Of a stretch of DNA of 64,000 nucleotides, positions 9,982 to 20,399 are shown piece by piece. The notes beneath the pieces were generated by a model, which made no database searches, was not told where the DNA came from, and saw only the letters and a program-made list of their open reading frames with translations. Both the position numbers and the translations under genes were made by a program. Source of the stretch: an uncultured virus (IMG/VR IMGVR_UViG_3300030606_000005) (taxonomy: Duplodnaviria > Heunggongvirae > Uroviricota > Caudoviricetes); IMG/VR virus record IMGVR_UViG_3300030606_000005. One strand, written 5' to 3'. How positions within the stretch are numbered: the first letter of the stretch is position 1; every line of letters starts with the position of its first letter.

Positions 9982-10239
9982 ATGAGCGCCGTACGCCTGC
10001 GCAACCTCGGGGAGGCCGTGCACCTGTACGCGCCCCCGGGAAGCCCCAACGCCCTCCCGGTCGACCACGACCAGGTCGTCACCGTCGCCGGGCCCATGGA
10101 GGAGACCGACGACGCCTACGTGTGCGGAGAGGGCGGCCAGGCCCGCGCCTTCCCCAAGTCCCGCTGGGCGGTGGAGCAGGCGCCGACGGCGAAGAAGACG
10201 GCCGCGAAGGCTGCTGACGAGAAGGGTGGTGACCGCTGA
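9982..10239 (+). CDS. Hypothetical tail-region protein
   Basis: GGAGG RBS; coupled to the major tail gene. Confidence 0.55.
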   Translation: MSAVRLRNLGEAVHLYAPPGSPNALPVDHDQVVTVAGPMEETDDAYVCGEGGQARAFPKSRWAVEQAPTAKKTAAKAADEKGGDR

Positions 10240-11267
10240 TGGCCACGGGGTCCGGTCTCGATGCACAGATCATGGTCGGCGCCGAGTCGACGTGGGGGAC
10301 TGCGGTCACTCCCGACCACAGCTACGAGTTCAACGACGAGTCGCTGAAGCGCGAGCCGACGTGGCTGGAGCCGACAGGGCTGCGGGTGGGGCAGAAGTAC
10401 AAGCGGGCGGGCCGGGTGACCGTTTCCCGCGAGTCCGTCTCCGGTGATGTGACGCTGGAGCACGCCACGAAGGGCATGGGCCTGCTGTGGAAGCACGCCC
10501 TCGCCTCGGGCGCGGTGCCCACGCAGATCGCCGCGACCGCCGCGTACGAGCAGATTCACGTTCCCGGCGACTTCCGGGGCCTCGGTCTGACGGTGCAGGT
10601 GGGCCGTCCGGAGCCGTCCACGGGCACGGTGCGGCCGTTCACCTACGCCGGGTGCAAGATCGGGTCGTGGGAGCTGAATGTCTCCGACAACGCGATCCCC
10701 ACGCTGAAAGTCAGCTTCGACGGGCGGGGCGAGAACACCGCGACCGCCTTGGCCGCTGCCGCCTACCCGGCCGGCAGCCACGTCTTCAGTTTCGCGAACG
10801 CCTCGCTGACGCTGGGCGGCACGGTGGACACGACCGGCGGCAAGACCACGGTGTCCGGGGCGACGGCGGTCGCGACCGTCGTCACCCAGGCCACGGTGAC
10901 CGGGGCCGCACCCATGGCGACGGAGCGTTTCGGCATCGGCAACGCGGGCCTGAAGTCGGAGCAGCTGGAGAACAACACCCCCACCATCACCGGGTCGCTG
11001 GCAGCGGAGTTCAACAAGACGGAGCTGTACGACGTCTACACGAACAACACCACCACCGCGCTGGTGCTGCTGCTGGAGGGCGAGGACATCGAGGCGGGCA
11101 ACCTCGAAACCCTGGAGATCATCCTTCCGGCGGTGAAGCTGAAGGCCGCCGCGCCGAACGTGGGCGGCCCGGACATCGTGCAGATGTCCACGGACATCGA
11201 GGCGTACGACGACGAAACCAACCCGCCCATCCAGGTGCGGATCATCGCCGCCGATACGAGCCTGTAG
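10239..11267 (+). CDS. Major tail (tube) protein
   Basis: GAESTWGTAVTP N-terminus, PFTYAGCKI, GPDIV motifs; position. Confidence 0.85.
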   Translation: MATGSGLDAQIMVGAESTWGTAVTPDHSYEFNDESLKREPTWLEPTGLRVGQKYKRAGRVTVSRESVSGDVTLEHATKGMGLLWKHALASGAVPTQIAATAAYEQIHVPGDFRGLGLTVQVGRPEPSTGTVRPFTYAGCKIGSWELNVSDNAIPTLKVSFDGRGENTATALAAAAYPAGSHVFSFANASLTLGGTVDTTGGKTTVSGATAVATVVTQATVTGAAPMATERFGIGNAGLKSEQLENNTPTITGSLAAEFNKTELYDVYTNNTTTALVLLLEGEDIEAGNLETLEIILPAVKLKAAAPNVGGPDIVQMSTDIEAYDDETNPPIQVRIIAADTSL

Positions 11268-11277
11268 GGGAGGCGCT

Positions 11278-11724
11278 GTGATCAAACTGACTGTTGAGGG
11301 CGTCGTCTACGAGTTCGATCAGGAGAAGCTGCTGATCGGCGAGGCCCGCGAGATGAAGACTCTGACCAGGCTGTCGCCGCGGCGGTGGGGCGACGGCGTC
11401 GAAGAGGGCGACCCGGACGCCGTCGCCATCACGATCTACCTCGCGAAGAAGCGCGCCGGCGAGACCCTGCGGTTCTCCGAGCTGGACAGCCTCGACTACG
11501 CCGACATCCAGCTGGAAGTGCTCGACGAGGCCGCCCCGGCCGATGGAGAGCGTCTCGCGGAGGCTGTCGGCGACGTTCAGCGGGCGGCGGAGGCCGCCGT
11601 CCAGCGGGCCGCAGCGGACCCTACGCCGCCGCCCGCTGGGACGACCCCGACGGACGGTACTGGCGCTACCTCGCCCCCTTCGCCTACTACTTCAAGTACC
11701 ACCCCGACGACATCGGACGCCTGA
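11278..11724 (+). CDS. Tail assembly chaperone (short form); probable -1 frameshift extends it to 11798
   Basis: Follows the major tail gene; overlapping -1 frame open to 11798. Confidence 0.75.
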   Translation: MIKLTVEGVVYEFDQEKLLIGEAREMKTLTRLSPRRWGDGVEEGDPDAVAITIYLAKKRAGETLRFSELDSLDYADIQLEVLDEAAPADGERLAEAVGDVQRAAEAAVQRAAADPTPPPAGTTPTDGTGATSPPSPTTSSTTPTTSDA

Positions 11725-11799
11725 CGCTCGCCGAGTTCGACCACCTCGCGCAGGCGGCCGATCAGCTCGCCAAAGACGCCAGCGGAATCGACGACTGAC

Positions 11800-12297
11800 G
11801 TGAAGGGGGACGCCGTGGTCGCGGACTTCGAGATGCGAACCGGGAGGGACCTGACACGGATCGCGCGTGAGCTGCGGGCCATGAACAACCCGGAGCTGAA
11901 GAAGCGCTTCAGCAACGAACTGCGGCAAGCGGCCAAGCCGATGGTGCCTGCGGTGAAGCAGGCGATCCGGCAGATCCCCTCCAAGCAGGGCTACACGGCG
12001 GACGGGTTGCGCGGCCGTATGGCGCGGGCCGTAAAGCTGGAAGTGCGCACCACGGGCCGGGACGCAGGTGTGCGCATCCGGGTCGACGGCCGCAAGATGC
12101 CCAGCGGCGACAAGTCCCTCCAGGCCTACATGGAGGGCGTCAAGAAGCCCTGGCGGCACCCCGTGTATGGCAACCGGGAGGTGTGGGTGCGGCAGTCCCC
12201 GAAGCCGTACTTCTACCGGACTGTCGAGTCGATGGGACAGCGGGCCCGCCAGGGCGTCAACCGGGCCATCGACCGGGTCGCCGACGACATCACGTAG
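11800..12297 (+). CDS. HK97 gp10-like neck/tail protein
   Basis: WRHPVYGNREVWVRQ..KPYF motif; basic. Confidence 0.6.
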   Translation: MKGDAVVADFEMRTGRDLTRIARELRAMNNPELKKRFSNELRQAAKPMVPAVKQAIRQIPSKQGYTADGLRGRMARAVKLEVRTTGRDAGVRIRVDGRKMPSGDKSLQAYMEGVKKPWRHPVYGNREVWVRQSPKPYFYRTVESMGQRARQGVNRAIDRVADDIT

Positions 12298-12386
12298 CCC
12301 GCCCGTACGCCCCGTAACGCATCGCACTGCTTCCGCACTGACCGGCGCTGCCGCGCCCCGACCCCTGTGAGGGGAGGTGGCGCGGC

Positions 12387-15300
12387 GTGTCCACGCGTAC
12401 CACCCGGGTCGTCTACGACCTCGTCGCGAGGGACCGCGCCACCCGCACGTTCGGCCGTGTCGGGGGCGCGGCGAACGGTCTTGCCCGGACCGGCGCCACG
12501 GTCGGCGCGGCCCTCAAGACGGGCTTCGCGGTCGGCGCGGTCGCCGCCGGCGGTCTCGGCTTCGCCACGCTCAAGGCCAGTGGCGACTTCGAGAAAGCAA
12601 TGAATCAAGTCAGGGCCGTCACCAACGCGTCCGGAAAAGACTTCACCGACCTGCGCGACCAGGCCAAGGAACTTGGCGCCACCACGAAGTTCTCCGCCAC
12701 CCAGGCCGCTGAAGGCATGGGCTTCCTGGCGATGGCCGGATTCCAGACCAAGGACATCATGGACGCGATGCCGGGCGTGCTGTCGCTGGCCTCCGCCGGG
12801 AACATGGATCTGGGCCGGTCCGCGGACATCGCCTCCAACATCCTCACCGGCTACGGGTTCAAGGCCAAGGAGACCGCCCGCGTCGTCGACGTGATGGCGA
12901 AGACCTTCACCAGCACGAACACGGACCTTGAGCAGCTCGGTGAGGCCTTCAAGTACGCCGGGCCTGTCGCCAAGAGCGCTGGTCTCGACTTCGAGGAGAC
13001 CTCGGCGGCGCTCGGCCTCATGGGGAACGCCGGCATCCAGGCGAGCATGGCCGGAACCGCGCTGCGCGGCACCGTCACGCGTCTGCTGGCGCCGACAAAG
13101 AAGATCCAGACCACGCTGGACGACCTCGGTGTCACGGTCACGGACTCGACGGGCAAGCTGCTGCCGCTGAACGAGATCGTCAAGCAGCTGGAGAAGTCCG
13201 GTGCGACGACCGGCGACATGATGACGATCTTCGGTCAGCGTGCGGGCCCGGCGATGCTGGCGCTCGTCGACCAGGGCTCGGGTGCGCTCGTCGACCTGAC
13301 GAAGAAGCTGGAGGGTGCCGGGGGTACCGCCGACCGCATCGCGAAGATCCAGATGGAAGGTCTTCAGGGCCAGTTGGTCTCGCTCAAGAGCGCCTGGGAA
13401 GGCCTCATGATCGAGATCGGTGACCTCGGTGTGCTCAACCTCGCTACCGGTGCGGTGGAGGGCGTGACGACCGCCACGCGTGGTCTGGCGGGCTTCGTCG
13501 AGCACCACGGCCTGCCCGCGATCGAGACGTTCCGCGAGAAGTTCACGGACTTCGTGCCCGTCGAGAAGATCAAGCGGGGCTTCTCGGACGCCAAGGAAGC
13601 CGTCGGTGACTTCTTCGCGGGCCTGGCGCCGTCGAAGGGGCCCGTGCTGCCGTCGCCGATGCTGAAGGCGCCTCAGGCGCCCGCGTCGATTGCGCTGCCC
13701 GCGCCGCAGAAATCCGACGCGCAGGCGTGGGGCGAGACGATCCGTCAGGCCTTCCAGGGCGGCATCGAGAACCTCGACTGGGGCAAGCTGGGCAGCTCGC
13801 TCGGTAAGGGCCTGTCGTCGGCGATCGGCTGGGTCGGCAAGAACGCCGCCAACCTCGGCCGGAAGATCATTGAGGTCTTCTCGAAGATTGACTGGGTGGA
13901 TGTCGGCAAGCAGGCCGGCAAGGCCGCCATCCCCTTCGTCATCGGCTTCGTGATCAACCTCTTCGAGCCGCTGTTCAGCGCTGCTTTCTGGAGTAAGCAC
14001 TGGAAGGACGTCCTCCTCGCGATCGCCTTCGCGATCCCGGTCGGACGGCTCTTCGGCGCCCTCGCGAAGGTCTTCAGCAAGATCCCCTTCCTGAAAATCT
14101 TCTCGCCGCTGTTCTCCGGCATCGGCAAACTAGGAGGGTTCATCGAGAAGGGCTTGGGCCGGTTCGTCCTCAAGCCCCTCGGGAAGTTCGGCAAGGCCAT
14201 CTGGGACGGGATCGTCAAGGGCTTCACGACGGTCTTCCCCAGCACCGCCGGGAAGCTGGGCGAGTTCCTCGGGAAGCTGGCCCTCAACATCCTTGGCTAC
14301 GCGGGCCGGTTCGCTGCTGCCGGACAGCGGCTGATCACGGGCCTGGGCAACGGCATCCTGCGGATCGGTGGCGGGATCGGCGAGTGGATCGGCAAGATCA
14401 TCGGCTGGCTCGTCAAGCCATTCGCTCAGGCCGGATCGTGGCTGCTCAAGCGTGGCGGCCAGGTCGTCGGCGGCCTGAAAACCGGCGCCGTCAATGCGGC
14501 GAAGGGCATCGGCTCCTGGGCGTGGCGCACCATCGTCCAGCCGCTCGTATCCCGCTTCGTATCGGCGGGATCCTGGCTTGTCGCCCGGGGCCGGTCGCTG
14601 GTCACCGGGCTGAAGAACGGCGCGGTGGCGATCGCGAGGAGTATCGGCTCGTGGGCGGTCCGGACGATCGTCACGCCGGTCACGTCCCGGTTCACCAGCG
14701 CGGGCTCGTGGCTCGTCAGTAGGGGCCGTTCGCTGGTCACCGGCCTCAAGAACGGCGTCATTGCCATCGCCAGGACGATCGGGTCGTGGACTCGGTCCCG
14801 TGTGATCAGCCCGGTGACCGGCGCCTTCAAGAATGCTGGAACGTGGCTGAAGTCCGCGGGGGGCTCCCTGATCTCCGGCCTGAAGAACGGCGTTGTCGGC
14901 GCGGTCCGGGGAATCGGAGCGTGGGCCAAGTCGCACATCGTCGACCCCGTCGTGAACGCGGTGAAAAAGTTCTTCGGCATCCGCTCCCCGTCGACGGTGT
15001 TCGCCGGGATCGGCGGCTTCCTCGTCAAGGGCCTCGTCAAGGGCATGGGCGTCAGCGGCGGTGCCATCGCGAAGAAGGTCTTCGGGGACATGCCCTCCGC
15101 GCTCGCGGGGATCGTCGGCAAGGGACTGGTGTCCATCACCAGCCTGCCGGGCAAGGCGCTGAAGGCGCTCGGCGGCGTCGCCGGGAAGATCGGCGGCTTC
15201 TTCTCGGATCTCTTCGGCGGAGGGGGCGGGGGCAGTGTCGGCACGGGCGTCAGCCGGTGGGCGCCGGTCGTGAACACCGTCCTCGGCATGCTCGGTGCGC

Positions 15301-15836
15301 CCGCGTCGGCGCTCGGCCCGGTCCTGAAGCGGATCGAGATGGAGTCCGGCGGCAACCCCAGCGCCATCAACGACTGGGACATCAACGCCCGCCGCGGTGA
15401 TCCCTCGCGCGGGTTGATGCAAACCATCGGGGGGACGTTCAACGCCTACGCCGGCCCCTTCAGGGGGCGCGGCATCTACGACCCCTTGGCGAACATCTAC
15501 GCGGGCGTCAACTACGCCATGCACACCTACGGCCGGAACTGGGTCAACGTCATGACCAGGCCCGGAGGGTACGACTCCGGCGGTGTGGCGACCGGGGTGG
15601 GCTTCCTGCCGAAGTACACGCCGAAGCCGGAACGTGTCCTCAGCCCTCGCCAGACCGCCTCGTTCGACCGGCTCGTCGCTCTGCTCGAACGCGGCGGCAT
15701 GGGCGCAGGAGGCAGCGAGGTGCGAGTGTTCATCGGCGACCGGGAGATCCGGGACATCGTCCGCGTCGAGACGAAGCCCATCGTCAACGACGCCGTCGAC
15801 CGGGCCGCGTTCCGGCAGAAGGTCGGGTACCGCTGA
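12387..15836 (+). CDS. Tape measure protein with C-terminal lytic transglycosylase domain
   Basis: 1149 aa; TP901-type core (TTKFSATQAAEG, GIQASMAGTALR); SLT motifs MESGGNP and RGLMQTI. Confidence 0.95.
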   Translation: MSTRTTRVVYDLVARDRATRTFGRVGGAANGLARTGATVGAALKTGFAVGAVAAGGLGFATLKASGDFEKAMNQVRAVTNASGKDFTDLRDQAKELGATTKFSATQAAEGMGFLAMAGFQTKDIMDAMPGVLSLASAGNMDLGRSADIASNILTGYGFKAKETARVVDVMAKTFTSTNTDLEQLGEAFKYAGPVAKSAGLDFEETSAALGLMGNAGIQASMAGTALRGTVTRLLAPTKKIQTTLDDLGVTVTDSTGKLLPLNEIVKQLEKSGATTGDMMTIFGQRAGPAMLALVDQGSGALVDLTKKLEGAGGTADRIAKIQMEGLQGQLVSLKSAWEGLMIEIGDLGVLNLATGAVEGVTTATRGLAGFVEHHGLPAIETFREKFTDFVPVEKIKRGFSDAKEAVGDFFAGLAPSKGPVLPSPMLKAPQAPASIALPAPQKSDAQAWGETIRQAFQGGIENLDWGKLGSSLGKGLSSAIGWVGKNAANLGRKIIEVFSKIDWVDVGKQAGKAAIPFVIGFVINLFEPLFSAAFWSKHWKDVLLAIAFAIPVGRLFGALAKVFSKIPFLKIFSPLFSGIGKLGGFIEKGLGRFVLKPLGKFGKAIWDGIVKGFTTVFPSTAGKLGEFLGKLALNILGYAGRFAAAGQRLITGLGNGILRIGGGIGEWIGKIIGWLVKPFAQAGSWLLKRGGQVVGGLKTGAVNAAKGIGSWAWRTIVQPLVSRFVSAGSWLVARGRSLVTGLKNGAVAIARSIGSWAVRTIVTPVTSRFTSAGSWLVSRGRSLVTGLKNGVIAIARTIGSWTRSRVISPVTGAFKNAGTWLKSAGGSLISGLKNGVVGAVRGIGAWAKSHIVDPVVNAVKKFFGIRSPSTVFAGIGGFLVKGLVKGMGVSGGAIAKKVFGDMPSALAGIVGKGLVSITSLPGKALKALGGVAGKIGGFFSDLFGGGGGGSVGTGVSRWAPVVNTVLGMLGAPASALGPVLKRIEMESGGNPSAINDWDINARRGDPSRGLMQTIGGTFNAYAGPFRGRGIYDPLANIYAGVNYAMHTYGRNWVNVMTRPGGYDSGGVATGVGFLPKYTPKPERVLSPRQTASFDRLVALLERGGMGAGGSEVRVFIGDREIRDIVRVETKPIVNDAVDRAAFRQKVGYR

Positions 15837-17311
15837 TGGGCATCGCGTTCGTCAGTACCGGCGGCCAGGCCACCGGGACGACCAGCATCACCCCGGGGAT
15901 TCCCGGTGGTTCGTCGGCCGGGCAGCTCGCCGTGCTGCAAGTCGTGTCCGGGCACCCTGACGAGGCTGTGCCGTCGACGCCGTCCGGGTGGACACGCGTG
16001 GGGACGTTCTCCGGCGGCGGCGGCACCTTCGGCTCCGGGACCGGCCCAAGACGCCTGACATGGTTCGTACGTGTCCTGGCGGGCTCGGACCCCGACCCCA
16101 TCGTGACCCTGGCATCCGGTGCGGACGTGACCATTGGTGGCCGCATCGTCACCCTGTCCCGCTCGGCCGGAGTCGGCTGGCTGTGGGCCGCCACGTTCGG
16201 CGACGACACCACCAGCGGCACCAGCTTCTCGGCGGTCTGCCAGAGCGCGCTCACCTTCCGGCCCGGCGACTTCGTCAACCTCGGCTACACCCTGCCGTCC
16301 GGCACGACCGACATCAGCGCCGAGGGGGTCACCGCGCCCGGCATCACCTTCGGCGCGGTGACCGAACGCGCGGACAGTGGTACCGGCACCGGCAACAACG
16401 CCCGCAACTGCCAGGCGACCGCACTGGTAACGACGGGCACGGCCAGCGCCATCGCAACCGTCACCGGCACTCTGTCCACGGCCCGCACCGGCGTTGCCGG
16501 GGTGCTGCGCCTGCGGGAGGACGTGCCCAAGGGTGACATCACCGCCACCCCCCAGAGCGTGTTCCCGCCCCGCAACCTGGTCGCGGTCACCGAGATGGCC
16601 GCCGGGGACGTCGTCGTCGCCACCCTCTTCCGGGAGGTCGACGGCGAACTCACCGAACTGCGCGCCGCCAGCGATGTGGACGTCACAGGGCAGGACGCGC
16701 TGGTCCGCGTCGACGGCGAACAGCCGCTCGGGGTGGCCGTCGCCTACGCGGCCCGCCTCATCGACAGCCTCGGCGACGAATCCCTCATCTACTCCGGCCC
16801 GATCACGTCGACCGTCGACAGCGACGTCCTTTCCGACGCCGTACGCGGCGTGGGCGCGAAGGTGTTCATCGAGGCGTGGCCGGAGTTCAAGCGCACCCGC
16901 GACGCCACCGTGTTCAACGTCGGCGGCCGTCTGGTGACCCAGGGGCGGCCCCGGTCGAAGGCACAGTCCACGATCACGGTGTCCACCGACACAGAGGCGG
17001 ACGGCGACGACTTGCAGGAGACCCTCGACGGCCTCACCGAAGGTGTGCTGTTGCTCCGCAAACAGGTCACCGCCGCGAAGGTCGACGGGCACCTTGCGCT
17101 GCTGAACGACGGTGAGCGGCCGAACTGGCAGACCGCGTACGAGGAATGGGACCTGGAGGTCGCACAGTCCGAGGCGTGGCCCGACGATCTCGAAGCGTCG
17201 GGATTCACGCTTCAGGACTTGGCCGACAACTTCTCGACCCTCCAGGACCTGGCCGACTCCTTCGCGGGTCAGACACTGCTCGACGTGGCCCTGTACGACT
17301 TCGGGAGTTGA
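15836..17311 (+). CDS. Minor tail protein (distal-tail-like)
   Basis: Directly after tape measure; Thr/Gly-rich N-terminal domain. Confidence 0.7.
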   Translation: MGIAFVSTGGQATGTTSITPGIPGGSSAGQLAVLQVVSGHPDEAVPSTPSGWTRVGTFSGGGGTFGSGTGPRRLTWFVRVLAGSDPDPIVTLASGADVTIGGRIVTLSRSAGVGWLWAATFGDDTTSGTSFSAVCQSALTFRPGDFVNLGYTLPSGTTDISAEGVTAPGITFGAVTERADSGTGTGNNARNCQATALVTTGTASAIATVTGTLSTARTGVAGVLRLREDVPKGDITATPQSVFPPRNLVAVTEMAAGDVVVATLFREVDGELTELRAASDVDVTGQDALVRVDGEQPLGVAVAYAARLIDSLGDESLIYSGPITSTVDSDVLSDAVRGVGAKVFIEAWPEFKRTRDATVFNVGGRLVTQGRPRSKAQSTITVSTDTEADGDDLQETLDGLTEGVLLLRKQVTAAKVDGHLALLNDGERPNWQTAYEEWDLEVAQSEAWPDDLEASGFTLQDLADNFSTLQDLADSFAGQTLLDVALYDFGS

Positions 17312-17312
17312 C

Positions 17313-18395
17313 GTGCTGGACATGTCGGCCGAGGCCCTGAAGATCGTGCAGGGCAGCTTCACGATGCTGGTGCGCGCGGAGTCGTGGAGAGACGGTGAGC
17401 TGCTCGCCGCGGACATCCCCGTGGCTGACGGCTCCGAAGAGCGCGACCGGTCGCTGAACGTGCCGGAGCGCGTGTCGCTGACGGTGCCGCGCCGGGACCG
17501 CGGTTTCAACTGGGACCCCCGCGACCCGGATCATCCGCTGGCGGCGTACGGGCAGCAGCTGCACGTCTCCTACGGCGTCGACCTCGGTAAGGGTTCCTTC
17601 GAATGGATCGACCGCGGCTGGTTCCTGGTCACCGAGTCGTCGACGGACGGCGACACCGTGACCGTCACCGCACAGGGCCTGCTCGCCCTGATCGACGAGG
17701 CCCGCTTCATCACTCCCTACCAGCCCGCTTCCGGTGACACCCTGGTGTCGACCGTGCGGGGCCTGGTCGAACCCGCGCTGACCGTGAGCTTCGACGGCAG
17801 CCTCGCGGACAGGTCGACTCCGCTGGGCATGCAGTGGGACGAGGACCGGCTCGGCGCGCTGACCGAGGTACTGGATGCGTGGCCCGCCGACGGCCGTGTC
17901 ACCGAGGACGGCTACCTGCTCATCGAGCCCGTCACCGACATCGGCACACCGGTCCTCGATCTGACGGACGGCAGCGGCGGCACGGTGATGCGCTGGCTCG
18001 GCGGCAGCACCCGGGACGGCGCGTTCAACGTGGTCGTGGCTCAGGGCGAGGACGCGGACGGCAACCAGCTGCGCGGGACCGCCTACGACACGATCAGCCC
18101 GTACCGGATCGGCGGAAGTTTCAGCCCGCTGCCGGTGCCCTTCTTCTACGCCAGCCCGCTGCTGGCCACCGTCGCGCAGTGCCGCAAGGCCGCGGCATCA
18201 CGGCTGGCCACGCTGCGCCGCACCGCCGACCGCATGGTGGAGGTGACGATGGTGCCTCACCCCGGTCTCGAACTGGGCGACACGGTCACAGCCACCAGCG
18301 AGAACCTGGACGGCGCGTGGTGCACGGTGGAGAAGTTCACGCTGCCGTACGCGCCGGGCGAGATGACCGCCACGATCCGGGTCCCGGCGGTCTGA
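17313..18395 (+). CDS. Minor tail/hub protein
   Basis: Position; HPLAAYGQQL, HPGLELGD motifs; start GTG 17313 or ATG 17322. Confidence 0.7.
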   Translation: MLDMSAEALKIVQGSFTMLVRAESWRDGELLAADIPVADGSEERDRSLNVPERVSLTVPRRDRGFNWDPRDPDHPLAAYGQQLHVSYGVDLGKGSFEWIDRGWFLVTESSTDGDTVTVTAQGLLALIDEARFITPYQPASGDTLVSTVRGLVEPALTVSFDGSLADRSTPLGMQWDEDRLGALTEVLDAWPADGRVTEDGYLLIEPVTDIGTPVLDLTDGSGGTVMRWLGGSTRDGAFNVVVAQGEDADGNQLRGTAYDTISPYRIGGSFSPLPVPFFYASPLLATVAQCRKAAASRLATLRRTADRMVEVTMVPHPGLELGDTVTATSENLDGAWCTVEKFTLPYAPGEMTATIRVPAV

Positions 18396-18396
18396 C

Positions 18397-19218
18397 ATGG
18401 CGAACTGGGCGGCGAACCGGGTCAGCACAGCCGGACTCGGCAGCCTCGTCGGCGTCGCCCTCAGTGACGCCTCCGGCGGGGCCTGTCTGGCCAGCGTGCG
18501 CAGCACCATCACGACCGCCCGCGTCGTCGCCGGACTCACCGTCGCGACCGGTGACGCGCTCCTCATCGCCCGCGTCGGCTCCGTCTACTACGTGCAGGCC
18601 GTCATCCAGGCCGGGCCCGCCGTCCCGCCCACACTGCCCGAACCGGACGAGAACACCCCGCAGGCCCCGGACACCGGCGACAACGCCCCCGACCCCAAGC
18701 CGGCCGTGACGACGGGCACCCTGGTGTGTACGCCGGTGGCCACGTCGACGTGGCGCGACGGCAAATGGCGCACCGACATCGGCAGCTCGACATCCGCCGA
18801 CACCTTGCAGGGCCGCTACAGCGGCTCGTCGTTCGGCCGCAACCACGGGTTCGCCTTCTACGGCAGCAAACCCCGCTCGCTGGCGGGGGCGACGGTCACG
18901 AAGGCCACCCTCAAGGTGCGGCGCCTGACGGCCGGGGACTACGCGAAGCGGACGCCGACGCTGCGCCTGGTCACCCAGGCCACCCGGCCGAGCGGCTTCC
19001 CGACGCTCAACGAATCCGCCTCCGGCCCGGCGCTCGCTGTCGGCTCCACCACGACATCGTTCGCGATTCCCAACAGCTGGGCGCAGGCCATCGTCAACGG
19101 CACGCGCGGCGGCATCGCGGTCTCGATCGGATCCGACAGCCCGTACATCCGGCTGGCGGGCAGGGCCGCATGGTCGGCGGCCTGGACCCTGACTCTCTCC
19201 TGGAGGCGCGGCTCGTGA
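18397..19218 (+). CDS. Minor tail protein
   Basis: Position in the tail operon. Confidence 0.65.
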   Translation: MANWAANRVSTAGLGSLVGVALSDASGGACLASVRSTITTARVVAGLTVATGDALLIARVGSVYYVQAVIQAGPAVPPTLPEPDENTPQAPDTGDNAPDPKPAVTTGTLVCTPVATSTWRDGKWRTDIGSSTSADTLQGRYSGSSFGRNHGFAFYGSKPRSLAGATVTKATLKVRRLTAGDYAKRTPTLRLVTQATRPSGFPTLNESASGPALAVGSTTTSFAIPNSWAQAIVNGTRGGIAVSIGSDSPYIRLAGRAAWSAAWTLTLSWRRGS

Positions 19219-19976
19219 GCCAGCAGACGAACAAGGGCATCGTATTTCCCGAGAGCGGAGACAACGTCCGTCTGTGGGAGTGGTTCTCGTCCCTGGCGTC
19301 CAGCGCCGACGCCGCGATCCCCGGCAACGTCGACGAGCAGGTGTTCACCTCGTCGGACACATGGACGAAGCCGGCTGGCGCCCTGTGGGTTGTCGTCGAG
19401 GTGCAGGCGGCCGGCGGCGGCAGCGGCGGCGTGGCGGCGACCGGCGCCGGGCAGGCGGGCTGCGCGGCCGGCGGGGCTGGGGGCGAGTATGCGCGCAGCG
19501 TGTTCCTGGCCTCCGTGTTGTCCAGCACGGTGGCGGTGACCATCGGGGCGGGCGGGGCGGGCGGGACGGCGGGAGCCAACGCGGGAAGTACGGGCGGCAG
19601 TTCCTCGTTCGGGGCGCTGGTGACGGCTGCGGGCGGTGGTGGTGGCGCGGGCGGCACGGCCACCAGCGGGGGCATCAACACCGCCGGGGGCGGGGGCGGC
19701 ACCGGCGGCGCGGGCGGAAACGTGTACGTGCGCGGCGACGACGGCGGCAACGGTGTCGTTGCCGGTGCGTTCCCGCTGAAAGTCAACTTCGGTGGCGGGT
19801 CGATGCTCGGATGCATCACGCGTGCGTCGCCGACGGCGTCCGGGTCAGCGGCGGGCATCGCAGGCCACCTGTACGGGGGTGGGGCGTCGGGCGGGTCCAA
19901 TGCGGCATCTCAGGCCGCGGCGGCCGGTGTGGGCGGCGCGGACGGCGTGGTCATTGTTCGTACGTACACGGCATAG
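19215..19976 (+). CDS. Glycine-rich tail fibre/minor tail protein
   Basis: QVFTSSDTWTKPAGA followed by GGAGG repeats. Confidence 0.75.
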   Translation: MSQQTNKGIVFPESGDNVRLWEWFSSLASSADAAIPGNVDEQVFTSSDTWTKPAGALWVVVEVQAAGGGSGGVAATGAGQAGCAAGGAGGEYARSVFLASVLSSTVAVTIGAGGAGGTAGANAGSTGGSSSFGALVTAAGGGGGAGGTATSGGINTAGGGGGTGGAGGNVYVRGDDGGNGVVAGAFPLKVNFGGGSMLGCITRASPTASGSAAGIAGHLYGGGASGGSNAASQAAAAGVGGADGVVIVRTYTA

Positions 19977-19985
19977 GAGCACGAT

Positions 19986-20396
19986 GTGACGGTCTTCATT
20001 TCCGCAGCGGCCCGCAACGCCGCCGCTGACGCGGTCGTGGATCTCGTTGATGCGGGGGCGGCGGCGGGCACGCTTCAGATCCGCTCCGGCTCGCAGCCCG
20101 CCGGGCCGGACTCGGCGGCCACCGGCACCCTGCTCGCCACGGTCACCCTCGCCGATCCGGCGTTCGGTGCGGCCTCTGGGGGTGTGGCCACCCTGGCCGG
20201 AACGCCGCTGACAGCCACCGCCGTCGCGGACGGCACCGCCGCCTGGTTCCGCATCCTCGACAGCAACGGCGTGGCCCGTATCGACGGCAGCGTCGGCGTG
20301 TCCAGCGCCGACCTGATCGTCAACACCGTGACCGTGTCGACCGGCCTCGACGTCGAGATCACGGACGGGACCATCACGATGCCCGCCTCCGGGTGA
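19986..20396 (+). CDS. Virion structural protein
   Basis: GTLQIRSGSQP, GTAAWFRI, IDGSVG motifs common in actinophage tail regions. Confidence 0.65.
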   Translation: MTVFISAAARNAAADAVVDLVDAGAAAGTLQIRSGSQPAGPDSAATGTLLATVTLADPAFGAASGGVATLAGTPLTATAVADGTAAWFRILDSNGVARIDGSVGVSSADLIVNTVTVSTGLDVEITDGTITMPASG

Positions 20397-20399
20397 CCC

